From Dehalococcoidales bacterium (GTDB taxonomy: Bacteria > Chloroflexota > Dehalococcoidia > Dehalococcoidales > Fen-1064): 64,000 nucleotides of DNA. The notes under the pieces were generated by a model, which worked only from the letters and a program-made list of their open reading frames with translations, was not told the DNA's origin and ran no database searches. Position 1 is the first letter of the stretch, and each line of letters starts with the position of its first letter. The position numbers and the translations under genes are program-made. The DNA lies in the NCBI GenBank assembly GCA_020342155.1, contig CP070842.1, positions 1,172,594-1,236,593 of the forward strand. The letters are read 5' to 3'. Positions 38,088-46,946 of this stretch are shown here, piece after piece.

Positions 38088-39050
38088 TTACTCCTTCAGC
38101 ACCGTCCCGGGTACAGGAATGGTCTCCAGCAACTCAGTGATGCCAGCCCTCCCTGTTCTGTCCTGAGAAACATCCGTCAGCCGTACTATCAGCCGATGTG
38201 CCAGGACAGCCTCCGCCAAGGCTTTAACGTCATCAGGCAGCACGTAATCCCGCCCATGCACCAGGGCACGAGCCTGAGTCGTTCGGAAAAGAGCCAGAGA
38301 CCCACGCGGCGAGGCACCTAGATATATCGTGGGGTGGTCACGGGTGGCTGCCACCAGGGACACGATGTACTGCTTAACCAAATCATCCACATATACGTCT
38401 TTCACTACCGTCTGCAACGTCAGAAGGTCAGCGCCGGTGGCTACCGGAGCGATATTTTCAATCGGGTGGGTATGCTGCTGCTGTTCCACGACAGCAATTT
38501 CATCTGAGTGGGAGGGATAGCCGAGGTGTATGCGCATGAGAAACCTGTCCAATTGCGTCTCCGGGAGAGGGAAAGTACCTTCATACTCGATAGGGTTCTG
38601 GGTGGCCAATACGTGGAATGGAGAAGGTATCTGATGAGTAACGCCGTCAACCGTTATCCGCCCCTCCTCCATACACTCCAGCAAGGCCGATTGCACCTTA
38701 GGAGTAGCCCGGTTTATCTCATCGGTAAGAACCATCTGTGCCATAATAGGTCCGGGACGGAACTCAAAATCCTGTATCTTCTGGTTATACACAGAAACTC
38801 CCGTAATGTCTCCAGGAAGCATGTCGGGCGTAAACTGGATTCTTCGAAAGGTACAATCCAGTGACCTGGCCAAGCTGCGAGCCAGCATCGTCTTGCCGAC
38901 GCCCGGAGCATCCTCAATCAGCAGGTGTCCCTTACTAATCAGGGCTATCACCGCCAGTTCGACCACTTCCCCCTTACCGATAATAACCTGCTGCACGTTA
39001 TCCAATAATTTCGCAGCGGTCTTCTGGGCCTGAACCATCGCATCATCCAT
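38088..39050 (-). CDS. MoxR-family AAA+ ATPase
   Basis: 320 aa. [14 protein letters not shown] Walker A, LTDEINRA Walker B and [16 protein letters not shown]. Confidence 0.93.
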   Translation of the reverse strand: MDDAMVQAQKTAAKLLDNVQQVIIGKGEVVELAVIALISKGHLLIEDAPGVGKTMLARSLARSLDCTFRRIQFTPDMLPGDITGVSVYNQKIQDFEFRPGPIMAQMVLTDEINRATPKVQSALLECMEEGRITVDGVTHQIPSPFHVLATQNPIEYEGTFPLPETQLDRFLMRIHLGYPSHSDEIAVVEQQQHTHPIENIAPVATGADLLTLQTVVKDVYVDDLVKQYIVSLVAATRDHPTIYLGASPRGSLALFRTTQARALVHGRDYVLPDDVKALAEAVLAHRLIVRLTDVSQDRTGRAGITELLETIPVPGTVLKE

Positions 39051-39114
39051 CTTTGCCCCCCAATCCTCATCTCACTCACGTGAATAAACCAGATTGCGTC
39101 TGGTGCTCACTATT

Positions 39115-39123
39115 ATTGTAGCA
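39115..39123 (-). promoter_or_regulatory. Extended -10-like element (TGCTACAAT on the minus strand) upstream of moxR
   Basis: Plus-strand ATTGTAGCA, about 65 nt upstream of ATG 39050. Confidence 0.35.
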
Positions 39124-39182
39124 TAAAGTACATGGTATGATTAAAAAGTCAGTGAGCACCGCAGTATATACTATGGGGAGAG

Positions 39183-39233
39183 GTAAAATCAAAGAAAACG
39201 CCCGCACTCCAGAAAAGAGTTACGCGGGCGTTT
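39183..39233 (-). terminator. Rho-independent terminator (minus strand) after the zinc-ribbon gene
   Basis: AAACGCCCGC (39196-39205) pairs with GCGGGCGTTT (39224-39233). On the minus strand it is followed by TCTTTGATTTTAC. Confidence 0.65.
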
Positions 39234-39307
39234 CACTTACTCTATTTATAAATGGGCCGCTAATATGTTTTCAGCTACGTGACAGTGGGGTACGCCCGGA
39301 CTCCCGG

Positions 39308-39484
39308 CTAAGTCTCAGAACGCTCGGTCCCGGCCGTCACTGGCCGCATCTCCAGTTCTTCCAGGCTCTCCATTTCACGCCGGTGGGAGCACTGAAGACA
39401 CTGGACATACCAGGTGTCTATGTCTCTGTCGATATAGAGGTCGCCACCACATCGGGGGCAGTTCTTCAGCTTCCACATTACCAT
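39308..39484 (-). CDS. Small zinc-ribbon protein (58 aa)
   Basis: MVMWKLKNCPRCGG...CLQCSH. ATG 39484 is preceded by AAAGGAGGAA. The longer 121-aa track ORF has an implausible N-terminus. Confidence 0.6.
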   Translation of the reverse strand: MVMWKLKNCPRCGGDLYIDRDIDTWYVQCLQCSHRREMESLEELEMRPVTAGTERSET

Positions 39485-39805
39485 AGCCGTTCCTCCTTTC
39501 AGCACCACAATGCAATTAAGAGGTAAATTGAATGCACCCACTATCTCACTCAGACTGCTCGGTCGTAAGGCCCAAAGAGATGACATAATTGAGCCAAATG
39601 GACTATCTTTTTTAGCCGTGCAGGACAGTCCAATTGTACTGTCACGGACTAGTACTCCGGTACGACCCGCCATAGACTAAGAGCGGCGTCATTTACTCTA
39701 AGGCTGGGGGAGATTGCGTATCGGGGGAAAAGTAACCCTTTAGGGTCACCCAAATGAGCCAAACGTATCTTACAATGGTACCCTTCCGATACCAGAATAG
39801 ACTAA

Positions 39806-40603
39806 ATGGAACCAATCCCGGAAAAGATAATGGATATTGCAGACCTTAGGAAGGTCCAGGAGCAGTCGCGTCACTCCAAGTTTCTCACGACTCTGGGGGA
39901 GATGATGGCCAGTATTGCCAACGAAGTGAACAACCCCCTGGGTAGTATCCTTCTCTATTCCGAACTGCTGATGGCGGGCGACACCTCACCACAGACCAAA
40001 AAAGACCTGAAGGTAGTTCATGATGAGGCCAGGCGTGCTGCCAGGGCAGTGACCTACCTGCTGATCTATTGCCGACAGGAGAGGTCGGAATTACACTACC
40101 TCGACGTGAACGGGATTCTTGAAAACCTTCTCGGAAGGCGTCGCCATTTAGAGACGACGCCCAATATAACCATGACCTCCGACCTGCAGGACGATCCGCT
40201 GCTGGTGAAGGGTGATTTATCTCAAATCAATCAGCTGTTTATGAACCTAATACTCAACGCCGAGAAAGCCCTGAAGCAGGTTGACGGAGGCCATATCACG
40301 GTTACGACGCGGAGAGAGGGCGAGTGGGTGAAGATATCAATAACCGATGATGGCCCGGGCATACCCCCGGAAAATCTTCAGCAGATTTTCTATCCTTTCT
40401 TCACGATCAAGCAGACTGGAGAAGGTTCCGGTCTCGGCCTGAGCACGTGCTACAGTATCGTAACCAGCCACAAGGGGTTGATACATGCCGAGAATAACGA
40501 AACCGGAGGCGCCACTTTTACTGTGGAGTTGCCTTTGGCTGACATACCGGAGAAAACACGGATAAGCGAGGATAGCAGGATAGCAGGTTCGTTAGTGACA
40601 TGA
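39806..40603 (+). CDS. Soluble histidine-kinase-like protein (DHp + HATPase_c) with H-box His replaced by Asn
   Basis: 265 aa. H-box position reads ASIANEVNNPL (AAC 39920-39922) versus GMTHEINNPL in the kinase at 44637. N, G1 (DDGPGI) and G2 (GSGLGL) boxes are intact. No TM or sensor domain. Confidence 0.8.
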   Translation: MEPIPEKIMDIADLRKVQEQSRHSKFLTTLGEMMASIANEVNNPLGSILLYSELLMAGDTSPQTKKDLKVVHDEARRAARAVTYLLIYCRQERSELHYLDVNGILENLLGRRRHLETTPNITMTSDLQDDPLLVKGDLSQINQLFMNLILNAEKALKQVDGGHITVTTRREGEWVKISITDDGPGIPPENLQQIFYPFFTIKQTGEGSGLGLSTCYSIVTSHKGLIHAENNETGGATFTVELPLADIPEKTRISEDSRIAGSLVT

Positions 40604-40631
40604 TAGGACCGAGGGAAGCGGAGAAACAGCG

Positions 40632-41120
40632 ATGACAACAAGAGGTCCGCAAATCTTGATAGTGGATGATGAGCCCTACATGCGTAGGGGCTTACGCCGT
40701 GTCCTGGAGAAGGAAGGCTACGAGGTAACAACCGCACCGGACGGCGAGACAGCACTCAAGATTGTCAGCGAGAGAAAGCCTGAAGCAGTCCTATTAGACA
40801 TCATGATGCCCGGGATGGATGGCAGGGAGGTATGCCGGCGAATTCGTGAGATCGCCACAACAGTCCAGGTAATCTACATCACCGCCAGGGCAGAGCCGAA
40901 TGACCCGATGCAGTCAAAACAGCTCCGAGATAAGGCTGATGCTTTCATTACCAAGCCAGCCACCAGTAAAACGATAATATCAACCGTAAATGGCCTGCTG
41001 CGAAATACTCACCAACAGCCCGAAAAGCCGCAGCTATGCCGGACGGGACAGTTGACCAAAGCAGGAGGCTGCCTGCAAAACACTGAAGCCGGCGAGGATG
41101 ACAGAAAGCCGATTCGTTGA
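40632..41120 (+). CDS. Stand-alone response-regulator receiver protein
   Basis: 162 aa. Canonical REC residues ([20 protein letters not shown]). Confidence 0.85.
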   Translation: MTTRGPQILIVDDEPYMRRGLRRVLEKEGYEVTTAPDGETALKIVSERKPEAVLLDIMMPGMDGREVCRRIREIATTVQVIYITARAEPNDPMQSKQLRDKADAFITKPATSKTIISTVNGLLRNTHQQPEKPQLCRTGQLTKAGGCLQNTEAGEDDRKPIR

Positions 41121-41232
41121 CAATAGATGTCAGCAGGGGTATATTTTTTACAAATTCGTAACCATATTCTCAGTAGAGGAGATGGTCGAACAGGCGGGGA
41201 TTATCATGATTACCGCCTGAGGTCGAGGTAAG

Positions 41233-42783
41233 ATGAGAAGTGGGAACATCTTGATACTGGAGACTAATGAAGACCTCCGACTCAACAAGAGCCGTACTTT
41301 ATCACGGGAGGGCTACAGCGTCACTAGCGTTACCAGTATTGGAGAGGCCATCGAGACAACCCGGCAGCAGTCCTATGACCTGTTGATCATCGGTGTCGGA
41401 GAGCCGGAACAGCTACATACACTTCTTACCCCACTCCCCCCGGAAATAAACGTACTTATCTTAGCCTCCGTCGACACCATCGGCCAGGTTACCGAGTATG
41501 CCGGCACAGGGATACATTCTTTCCTGCTCGAGCCGTTCACCTTAGGCAGATTTAAAAGTGCGGTTGCCCAGGCAATTGACGGTGCCCGGTTGTTAAAAGG
41601 AGGTATCCGCAGTGCAGTCCTGAGCTCCCTGGCACGTGCCAACTGGCTGCCAGCCCCTGAAGTTAAAACAGACCAGTTCTTCAAACGTATCGTTGAAATC
41701 AGCGCCGCCGATATTCAGGCGGAACACGTCTTTCTAGTGGTAAAAGATGAAGCGACCGGTGCACTTGTTACCAGGGCCCAGGTGGGTGAACACCAACCAG
41801 ACCTGCGCGCCGTATGCAACCGGGTAGTAGACACAGGGGAGCCGGTCGTTATTGACAAAGAAAACCGGGACCCCGAACTCCGTGGCCTGATAGCCGAAAC
41901 AGACACCACGGCCATCATGTGTGTACCCCTGTTAATCAAAGGCAGTGTCGTCGGGGTAATAGGTCATGCCAAGGTAACCGAGGGGACGAAGTTCACTCCT
42001 AACGATCTGAGCTTTGCCTCGCTTATTGCCTGGTGGAGCAGCATGGTACTGGAAAATGCCCGGCTGTTTAGCCGGGTCCAACATCAATACCTCCACATGG
42101 AGAGACTCCTGGACGAGATAAGAGTCGCCCAGGAGAACGAACGCCGACGGGTGGCTGTCGAGATACACGATGGCGTTGCTCAGTGGATGGTCGGTGCTTC
42201 CTATGGTATCAAGGCAATCGGCAACCTTATCTCGGAACAAAAGCTGGCTGACCTCGAGCTTGAGCTAACCAAGATAAGAGATACGGTACAGACAAGCATA
42301 AGAGAACTCCGACGCGCCATCACTAACCTCCGCCCACTACCGCTCGAAGAATTGGGCCTGACCGCAGCTGTCTGCCAAGCGGCAGAGTCCCTGCAAGAAG
42401 ACGGTATCAGGTGCCGTTACTTAATCGATAGAGACCTGCCCGAACTTACACCCGCTCAGGAAAGCACAACCTACTGGATAGTCCAAGAGATGCTGTCCAA
42501 CATCAGAAAACATTCCAGAGCGAGTGAAGTTACCGTCCATATCCGTTATTATGATAGCATGTTCTCAGTCGAGGTCAGCGATAACGGGCGGGGCTTCAAC
42601 CCGGAACAGATGATGCGCAGCGAATCACCGCTGGTACACCTGGGACTTCTAGGTATGAAGGAAAGGGCAGACCTGTTGGGCGGTAGCCTATCGATAAAAA
42701 GTGAACAAAGAAAGGGAACCTCGGTAAGCTTCACCTTCCCGGTTTCGTCCCCGGAAACCGCAGAAGTAGTGATATCAGGTTGA
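41233..42783 (+). CDS. GAF sensor histidine kinase (HisKA_3/NarL-partner type) with a degenerate N-terminal receiver-like domain
   Basis: 516 aa. The REC-like fold lacks the key residues (ILILETNE, LLIIGVG, LEPF). GAF region follows, then H-box VAVEIHDGVAQ and HATPase_c (DNGRGF, GLLGMKERA). Confidence 0.85.
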   Translation: MRSGNILILETNEDLRLNKSRTLSREGYSVTSVTSIGEAIETTRQQSYDLLIIGVGEPEQLHTLLTPLPPEINVLILASVDTIGQVTEYAGTGIHSFLLEPFTLGRFKSAVAQAIDGARLLKGGIRSAVLSSLARANWLPAPEVKTDQFFKRIVEISAADIQAEHVFLVVKDEATGALVTRAQVGEHQPDLRAVCNRVVDTGEPVVIDKENRDPELRGLIAETDTTAIMCVPLLIKGSVVGVIGHAKVTEGTKFTPNDLSFASLIAWWSSMVLENARLFSRVQHQYLHMERLLDEIRVAQENERRRVAVEIHDGVAQWMVGASYGIKAIGNLISEQKLADLELELTKIRDTVQTSIRELRRAITNLRPLPLEELGLTAAVCQAAESLQEDGIRCRYLIDRDLPELTPAQESTTYWIVQEMLSNIRKHSRASEVTVHIRYYDSMFSVEVSDNGRGFNPEQMMRSESPLVHLGLLGMKERADLLGGSLSIKSEQRKGTSVSFTFPVSSPETAEVVISG

Positions 42784-42794
42784 AAGGTACAGAG

Positions 42795-43436
42795 ATGGGA
42801 GAAACACCAGCTATCAAGGTACTTATTGTTGATGACCACAATGTCGTAAGAGAGGGGCTACGACGGATACTGGCAACAGACGAAAGCATAGATGTGGTTG
42901 GGGAAGCCCGAAATGGAGAGGAAGCAATCACTAAGGCCATCACACTCAGACCAGACGTCGTCATCATGGATCTCAGGATGCCCAAAATGGACGGCATATC
43001 CGCCACCCGCGAGATAAAAGAGAAACTGCCCGACGTGAACATACTAGTGCTGACCCTATATGCAGAAGATCTCGTTAGCCAGGCGGTTGAGGCTGGCGTA
43101 TCCGGATATCTACTCAAGGACAGCGACTCAGAGCAGATCACCAGAGGTATACATCAGGTGTATGATGGATTATCACCAATCGCCCCCTCCCTCACCCGGG
43201 GGCTGGTTACGGAGTTCGCCAAGCTGAGCCGGAGTAACCGCTCTTCGATACTGACCAGTCGGCAGGTCGAGATATTGAAGCTGGTCGCCGAAGGGGCGAG
43301 CGGTAAACAGATTGGCGAGAAACTATTCCTCAGCACGTCTACAGTAAAACGGGAAGTGCGGCATATCTTCGATAAACTCGGCGTAAACGACCGGGCCCAC
43401 GCCGTTTCCGAAGCCCTGAAGCGAAACCTCATCTAG
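42795..43436 (+). CDS. LuxR/NarL-family response regulator (copy 1)
   Basis: REC (VDDH, VIMDLRMPKMDG) plus a LuxR HTH (LTSRQVEILKLVAEGASGKQIGEKLFLSTSTVK). An alternative TTG start at 42780 overlaps the kinase stop. Confidence 0.88.
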   Translation: MGETPAIKVLIVDDHNVVREGLRRILATDESIDVVGEARNGEEAITKAITLRPDVVIMDLRMPKMDGISATREIKEKLPDVNILVLTLYAEDLVSQAVEAGVSGYLLKDSDSEQITRGIHQVYDGLSPIAPSLTRGLVTEFAKLSRSNRSSILTSRQVEILKLVAEGASGKQIGEKLFLSTSTVKREVRHIFDKLGVNDRAHAVSEALKRNLI

Positions 43437-43593
43437 CCCCATCGCCCACACACCCCGACCTAAAAAAACGTGACCCACACCGGTCACAACAAGACACCAC
43501 AGGTCTTATCATGTTGTCCCATCAAGCCAAACAACATTGTCTCTTCGGTTCTCTTTTGCTGTCTATTTAGGCCTTACGAGTGATTTGAGTACA

Positions 43594-43602
43594 TGCGACA
43601 AT
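43594..43602 (+). promoter_or_regulatory. Conserved extended -10-like element TGCGACAAT (copy 1)
   Basis: Part of a ~65-nt upstream block, about 70% identical to the block at 44440-44505. It overlaps the track ORF ATG 43601. Confidence 0.3.
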
Positions 43603-43633
43603 GGGTACAGACCGCTTGTTGGGAGAGAACGTG

Positions 43634-44320
43634 ATGACAAGTGTGTTACTTCCCGGGGCAATGCCCGAAGTCGTAATGACAGAAAGACCCTACAGTATCC
43701 GGGTACTCGTAGTTGATGACCACCACGTGGTCCGCGAGGGCCTACGACGGATGCTGGAAATGGAAAATGGCATCCAGGTTATTGGTGAAGCCAGAAGCGG
43801 TGAGGAGGCAATCGCCAAGGCTATCTCACTCTCACCGGACGTTATCGTCATGGACCTCAAGATGCCGGGGATGGACGGAATCACAGCCACACGCGAGATA
43901 AAAGAACGGCTGCCCGACGTCAGCATTCTGGTGCTTACCCTCTACGCGGAGGATTTTGTCAAGCAAGCCGTGGAAGCCGGGGTGTCCGGCTACCTGCTCA
44001 AGGACAGCGACTGCGAGCAGATAACTCAGGCGATACACCAGGTACACGAAGGGCTGTGCCCAATAGCGCCGTCCCTCACCCGCGACCTGGTAATGGAATA
44101 TGCCGAACTCAGCCGGAGTAGCCGGGCCTCGATTTTAACCAAACGGCAGCTTGAGATATTGAGGTTTATTGCTGAGGGAGAAAGCGGCAAAGAAATCGGC
44201 AACCTCCTCTTCATCAGTACCTCTACCGTGAAGCGTGAAATCCGGCAGATTCTGAGTAAGCTTAAGGTCAACGACCGTGCTCAGGCCGTTTCAGAAGCAA
44301 TCAAACGGAGGTTAATCTAG
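43634..44320 (+). CDS. LuxR/NarL-family response regulator (copy 2, tandem paralogue)
   Basis: Highly similar to copy 1 across its whole length. ATG 43634 follows GGGAGAG (43621-43627). The track start 43601 lies inside the putative -10. Confidence 0.88.
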   Translation: MTSVLLPGAMPEVVMTERPYSIRVLVVDDHHVVREGLRRMLEMENGIQVIGEARSGEEAIAKAISLSPDVIVMDLKMPGMDGITATREIKERLPDVSILVLTLYAEDFVKQAVEAGVSGYLLKDSDCEQITQAIHQVHEGLCPIAPSLTRDLVMEYAELSRSSRASILTKRQLEILRFIAEGESGKEIGNLLFISTSTVKREIRQILSKLKVNDRAQAVSEAIKRRLI

Positions 44321-44362
44321 TTCACGCTACGCCCACTCATATTCCTCGATTGCCAAGTTGTC

Positions 44363-44396
44363 AACCCTGACCCACCAAGGTCAGGGTTTTGTCTTC
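44363..44396 (+). terminator. Rho-independent terminator
   Basis: AACCCTGACC-caccaa-GGTCAGGGTT followed by TTGTCTTC. Confidence 0.7.
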
Positions 44397-44490
44397 TAAG
44401 CCAATGCTTATGCTCCCACAGGGCCACAAAAGGTGCTTTTCACGGTTCTTGTTTAGTATCTGTTTAGACCTTACACGCCACATGTGAGCG

Positions 44491-44499
44491 TGGGACAAT
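44491..44499 (+). promoter_or_regulatory. Conserved extended -10-like element TGGGACAAT (copy 2)
   Basis: Homologous position to 43594-43602, upstream of the PAS hybrid kinase. Confidence 0.3.
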
Positions 44500-44636
44500 G
44501 AGGGTAGAAATAGCCAAGGCTATGTCCCGGGCAAGAGAGTACGTTTAGTAGCAATCGGCTTCTTAATCTGGTGAGCCGGTAAGGAGCCCTGAACCGGGGT
44601 AATGAGCACTTCCTGAGAACAGAATAGGCAAGCATA

Positions 44637-46181
44637 TTGGAGAAGAGAGATTTGAATCAGGAAACAAGCGAACTCCGAGATATTATCAACTCCCAGGACG
44701 ATATCATACTGATAATCGCGCGGGATTACGGTATTGAGAACGTCAACAGAAGCGGTCTGACCCTGCTCGATAAGAATAGAGAAGACGTTATCGGAGAGAA
44801 ATGCTACCAGGCACTACATGCCAAGGCAGAGCCATGCCAATACTGTCCATTCACTCAGACTATGAAGACCAAGCAAACAGAAGTGGTCGAGCGCTACGAT
44901 ACCACGCTCGGGAAACATTTCCGCATCAAGAGCACCCCGATATTGAGTGAGCGCGGTGATGCTGTGAAGTGCATCCTTTCGATTAGAGACGTCACCGAAA
45001 GGGTCAATACTGAGGCGAAGCTGAAAAGGATGCAGCAGGAACTCAACCTCAACAGACGCCTCGTCGCAATTGGGCAGGTGGCCGCCGGTATGACCCATGA
45101 GATAAACAACCCGCTGACGGGTGTGATTGCTTTTTCCCAGATGCTGATGCAAATGGACATCCCGGAAAACATGAAGGAAGCGGTGGAGGTTATTTTCGAT
45201 GGCGCTAGCCGCGTCGTCGGAATTGTCGACAGGCTACGCACCTTTGCCCGTCAAGACAGACCAGAAAAAGAATATACCGACCTCAATGCTATCATAGGCA
45301 ACACGCTGGCAATGCGCTCATACGAGATGCGCAGCAACGGTATCGAGGTAACAACCCACCTTGCCACGAACCTGCCCGAGACCGTAGCCAACGTGGGACA
45401 ACTTCAGCAGGTACTCCTCAACATCATCATCAACGCCGAGCAAGCAATGGCGACCAGTTCCCTGCAGAAGAAATTGACCATCACGACCGAACAGGTTGCC
45501 GACAGAATCAGGGTAAGCATCAGCGACAGCGGCCCCGGAATACCGGAAGAGATTATTTATAGACTATTCGACCCCTTTTTCACCACAAAGGACAATACCA
45601 GCGGAATGGGGCTGGGCCTGAATATTTCCCACGGTATCATCACGGAGCACGGTGGTGAAATCCGTGCTCAAAGCGAGCCCGGCTCTGGAGCGACCTTCAT
45701 CATTGACCTCCCCATCGTTGCCGAGACTAGAGAGAGGGAACCGGCCAAGCCTGCCGACGTGGAGCAAGCAGAACCGGTCGGGGCGAGGATACTGGTCGTG
45801 GATGATGAACCGCACATTTGCCGTGCCCTCGACAGGCTACTAACCAAAAACGGTCATCAGGTAGATACTACATCCAGCCCATTAAAGGCCCTTGAGATGT
45901 TGAGCGAGGCAGAGTACGACCTCATCCTGCTAGACCTGAGGATGCCAGACATGAACGGCATTGAGTTCTATGACCATATCAAGGCAATATCACCGGCGTT
46001 ACAGCAGAAGGTAGTCTGCGTCACTGGCGATGTCGTCAGTGCCCAGAATGAGGCCTTCTTACATGAAACTGGAATACCATGTGTCGCTAAACCTTTTGGT
46101 GTTAGTGAACTGATGCGTCAGGTAAGACACGTATTGGAGGGAGAAAAAAATGATGCGCAAGTCACGTATTCTCGTAGTTGA
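44637..46181 (+). CDS. PAS sensor hybrid histidine kinase (PAS-HisKA-HATPase_c-REC)
   Basis: 514 aa. PAS with CYQALHAKAEPCQYCP, H-box MTHEINNPL, HATPase_c and a C-terminal REC (VVDDE, LLDLRMPDMNG). TTG start. Confidence 0.88.
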   Translation: MEKRDLNQETSELRDIINSQDDIILIIARDYGIENVNRSGLTLLDKNREDVIGEKCYQALHAKAEPCQYCPFTQTMKTKQTEVVERYDTTLGKHFRIKSTPILSERGDAVKCILSIRDVTERVNTEAKLKRMQQELNLNRRLVAIGQVAAGMTHEINNPLTGVIAFSQMLMQMDIPENMKEAVEVIFDGASRVVGIVDRLRTFARQDRPEKEYTDLNAIIGNTLAMRSYEMRSNGIEVTTHLATNLPETVANVGQLQQVLLNIIINAEQAMATSSLQKKLTITTEQVADRIRVSISDSGPGIPEEIIYRLFDPFFTTKDNTSGMGLGLNISHGIITEHGGEIRAQSEPGSGATFIIDLPIVAETREREPAKPADVEQAEPVGARILVVDDEPHICRALDRLLTKNGHQVDTTSSPLKALEMLSEAEYDLILLDLRMPDMNGIEFYDHIKAISPALQQKVVCVTGDVVSAQNEAFLHETGIPCVAKPFGVSELMRQVRHVLEGEKNDAQVTYSRS

Positions 46182-46848
46182 CGACGATATCGCGGTAGTG
46201 AAGTCCGTCCGGGCCAATCTGCAGGCCAGAGACTGTGAAACACTGACGGCCATGGATGGCGTCGAGGCTCTCCAGGTCATCGAAAAAGATCTTCCTGACC
46301 TGATAATCCTGGACATCACCATGCCCAAGATGAATGGCTTCGAGGTCTGCCGGAAAGTCCGTGAGTGGTCACGTGTCCCCATAATCATGCTCAGCGCCAA
46401 GCATGACGTCGAAGAGAAGGTGAAATGCCTGAATATTGGTGCTGATGATTACATCACCAAGCCCTTTGGAGTGAATGAACTGGCGGCGCGGGTGCGGGCG
46501 GTACTACGTCGTGCCCAGGGTAACGAAGAGGATCAGACAACGCCGAACTTTACCTGCGGCGACCTCAAGATTAACTTCGTGGAGAGACGGGTGACCGTCG
46601 GCGACCGTAATGTCAAGCTGACCCCAACGGAATACAATCTCCTGCAGGAACTGGTACTCGGAGCAGGCAAGGTATTCCCCCACTCTTCTCTGCTTGGCAG
46701 GGTTTGGGGACCGGAATACGTCAATGAGAGAGAGTACTTACACGTCTTCGTAGGGCGTCTCCGGAAAGAGCTCGAAGCTGACCCGGCACACCCGAAATAC
46801 ATCGTCACCATACCCGGTGTCGGCTACAAGTTCCAAGCGCCCAACTGA
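46150..46848 (+). CDS. OmpR/KdpE-type response regulator
   Basis: 232 aa. REC plus a winged-helix trans_reg_C domain (LTPTEYNLLQELV...VGYKF). RBS GGAGGGAG. Overlaps the kinase by 32 nt. Confidence 0.9.
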   Translation: MMRKSRILVVDDDIAVVKSVRANLQARDCETLTAMDGVEALQVIEKDLPDLIILDITMPKMNGFEVCRKVREWSRVPIIMLSAKHDVEEKVKCLNIGADDYITKPFGVNELAARVRAVLRRAQGNEEDQTTPNFTCGDLKINFVERRVTVGDRNVKLTPTEYNLLQELVLGAGKVFPHSSLLGRVWGPEYVNEREYLHVFVGRLRKELEADPAHPKYIVTIPGVGYKFQAPN

Positions 46849-46879
46849 AGTCCAGCCGATAATTTCTGACGCAGGGCAA

Positions 46880-46913
46880 AAAGGCACCCGTATCGGGTGC
46901 CTTTACATTTTTA
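46880..46913. terminator. Bidirectional rho-independent terminator between convergent genes
   Basis: AAAGGCACCCG-tat-CGGGTGCCTTT, flanked by an A-run upstream and TACATTTTT downstream. Confidence 0.7.
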
Positions 46914-46946
46914 TACTTTCCAAGCAAGTCCCGCAGATAGCCACCG

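Noticed and set aside
39616-39648. Hairpin CCGTG..ACAGT-ccaattgt-ACTGT-CACGG in the divergent intergenic region, considered as a terminator or riboswitch element.
   Set aside because: No U-tract follows it on either strand, and I could not match the surrounding 320 nt to any riboswitch or ncRNA family by eye. Left unannotated.
39485-39673. The longer 121-aa version of the zinc-ribbon ORF.
   Set aside because: The N-terminal 63 codons lack protein-like character. The internal ATG 39484 has a strong AAAGGAGGAA RBS and yields a typical ~58-aa zinc ribbon.
42795-44320. The two near-identical LuxR regulators as an assembly duplication artefact.
   Set aside because: The copies differ at many positions in both protein and DNA, and their flanks have diverged: a decayed terminator in one and an intact terminator in the other. 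This argues for a genuine, older duplication. Long-read confirmation is still suggested.
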